Position numbers and translations under genes: made by a program. From assembly GCA_964632315.1 (NCBI GenBank), contig CAZWEM010000071.1:1-15668 (forward strand): a stretch of 15,668 nt of DNA, read 5' to 3'. The stretch is from an uncultured archaeon. GTDB lineage: Archaea; Asgardarchaeota; Lokiarchaeia; Sigyniarchaeales; SOKP01. Under the pieces are notes generated by a model. That model did not search any database. It was not told the DNA's origin and saw nothing but the letters and a program-made list of their open reading frames with translations. Below are positions 14,767 through 15,668 of the stretch, in pieces. Positions within the stretch are counted from its first letter, which is position 1, and each line of letters starts with the position of its first letter.

Positions 14767-15668
14767 ATGCCTGGTAAAAAATTTGAAACACAAGCTATAA
14801 ATGATGAGATTTTAGAAAAGTTTAGCTTGAAGAATCGTTATGCATTTTTAAATAATAATTTAACCGCTGTTCTCTCCCCAAAAGAATTTAATTTCCTTAG
14901 AGAAGTTCAGCGATTTTGTTTGAGATTTGAAAAGAAAAACGAAATTGTCCATGGACCAGATGAGGATATTTATGATTGGGTTCCCGCTTTTGGAGAGAAA
15001 GGGTACATTACTCGGCAGCACACGTTTGATATGTGTGAAGTGCATTACGATGAATGGGGTCTTGCAGCTGATTTTATGCGAAATATAGCTCTCGATATGT
15101 TCGATCCTCAATTTGCTATGGGAGGAGGGGCAACCGTTTTGGCAATCAATCCCGTTTACGAGCACCATGATCTCGTTCCAGAGCGATTGGAAGCATTAAA
15201 AGATTTAGCTACTGGAAAAAGCCCTGGCGCCATTTGTATCACTGAACCAGAACGCGGTTCGGATGCTGTTCACCAATTAACGACTTGTACGGAACAAACC
15301 GATGGTAGCTTCTTATTGAATGGTACTAAAATATTTAATACGAATGCTCCTCGCTCTAAATGGTTGGTTGCGTATGCCACTGCGGAACAAAATAATGGTA
15401 ACACGATGGCGCAATTCTTAGTCAATTCTGAATGGGAAGGGTTCCACGTGGAAAGAGTAAACATACCATGGGTCCCGAAGTTATATTTAGGAAAAGAGAC
15501 CTTTAAAGATTTACGTGTACCCAAAGAGTACATTCTTGGTCCAGTTGGAAAGGGACGAGAGCATATGTTCGAAGGTTTAGTTCCAGAACGTATTTCGATT
15601 GCCATTATGGGCGTGAGTGAATGTTGGGGTGCTCTTGCCTATGCCGTAATCTACTCAAACTTGAGAAA
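14767..15668 (+). CDS. Acyl-CoA dehydrogenase family protein (runs off the window end; absent from the ORF track)
   Basis: Own translation from ATG 14767 (MPGKKFETQA...) is open to the end, with GAICITEPERGSDA, FLLNGTKIFNTNA, FKDLRVPKEYILGPVGKG and ERISIA. Confidence 0.93.
   Translation, partial: MPGKKFETQAINDEILEKFSLKNRYAFLNNNLTAVLSPKEFNFLREVQRFCLRFEKKNEIVHGPDEDIYDWVPAFGEKGYITRQHTFDMCEVHYDEWGLAADFMRNIALDMFDPQFAMGGGATVLAINPVYEHHDLVPERLEALKDLATGKSPGAICITEPERGSDAVHQLTTCTEQTDGSFLLNGTKIFNTNAPRSKWLVAYATAEQNNGNTMAQFLVNSEWEGFHVERVNIPWVPKLYLGKETFKDLRVPKEYILGPVGKGREHMFEGLVPERISIAIMGVSECWGALAYAVIYSNLR

Noticed and set aside
14860-15605. Minus-strand ORFs 14860-15168 and 15270-15605
   Set aside because: Antisense to the acyl-CoA dehydrogenase on the plus strand.
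1-15668. CRISPR array, tRNA/rRNA, transposase or integrase
   Set aside because: No regularly spaced repeats, no GC-rich structured RNA segments and no mobile-element motifs were seen by eye.

Overview
AT-rich, gene-dense prokaryotic window that most resembles an Asgard archaeon (Lokiarchaeia/Promethearchaeota-like). This is an inference from TATA/BRE-type promoters, GGTGA/AGGAGG ribosome-binding sites, oligo-T terminators, a longin/roadblock-like protein and the overall gene mix. Contents in order: a cryptic small membrane ORF; an SH3/KOW-like + HExxH metallopeptidase; a longin/roadblock-like protein; a dsrE-tusA sulfur-relay operon divergent from a CysL-like LysR regulator with a tandem T-N11-A operator; a dienelactone hydrolase followed by a small, possibly frameshifted ORF; two uncharacterised co-oriented membrane proteins (one Vps62/NPP1-like, one with a possible ubiquitin-like domain, disordered linker, beta-sandwich and 2 TM helices); a DUF1998 (Hrq1/MrfA/SftH-type) helicase; an aldehyde:ferredoxin oxidoreductase; a thioredoxin-like protein; a DUF4139 protein; a small Cys4 coiled-coil protein; and a 3'-truncated acyl-CoA dehydrogenase missing from the ORF track. 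No rRNA, tRNA, CRISPR array or mobile element was seen. The best candidates for undescribed biology are the two-gene membrane module (4677-7139) and the LysR-controlled DsrE/TusA relay. Family calls are from motif recognition by eye; no database searches were run.
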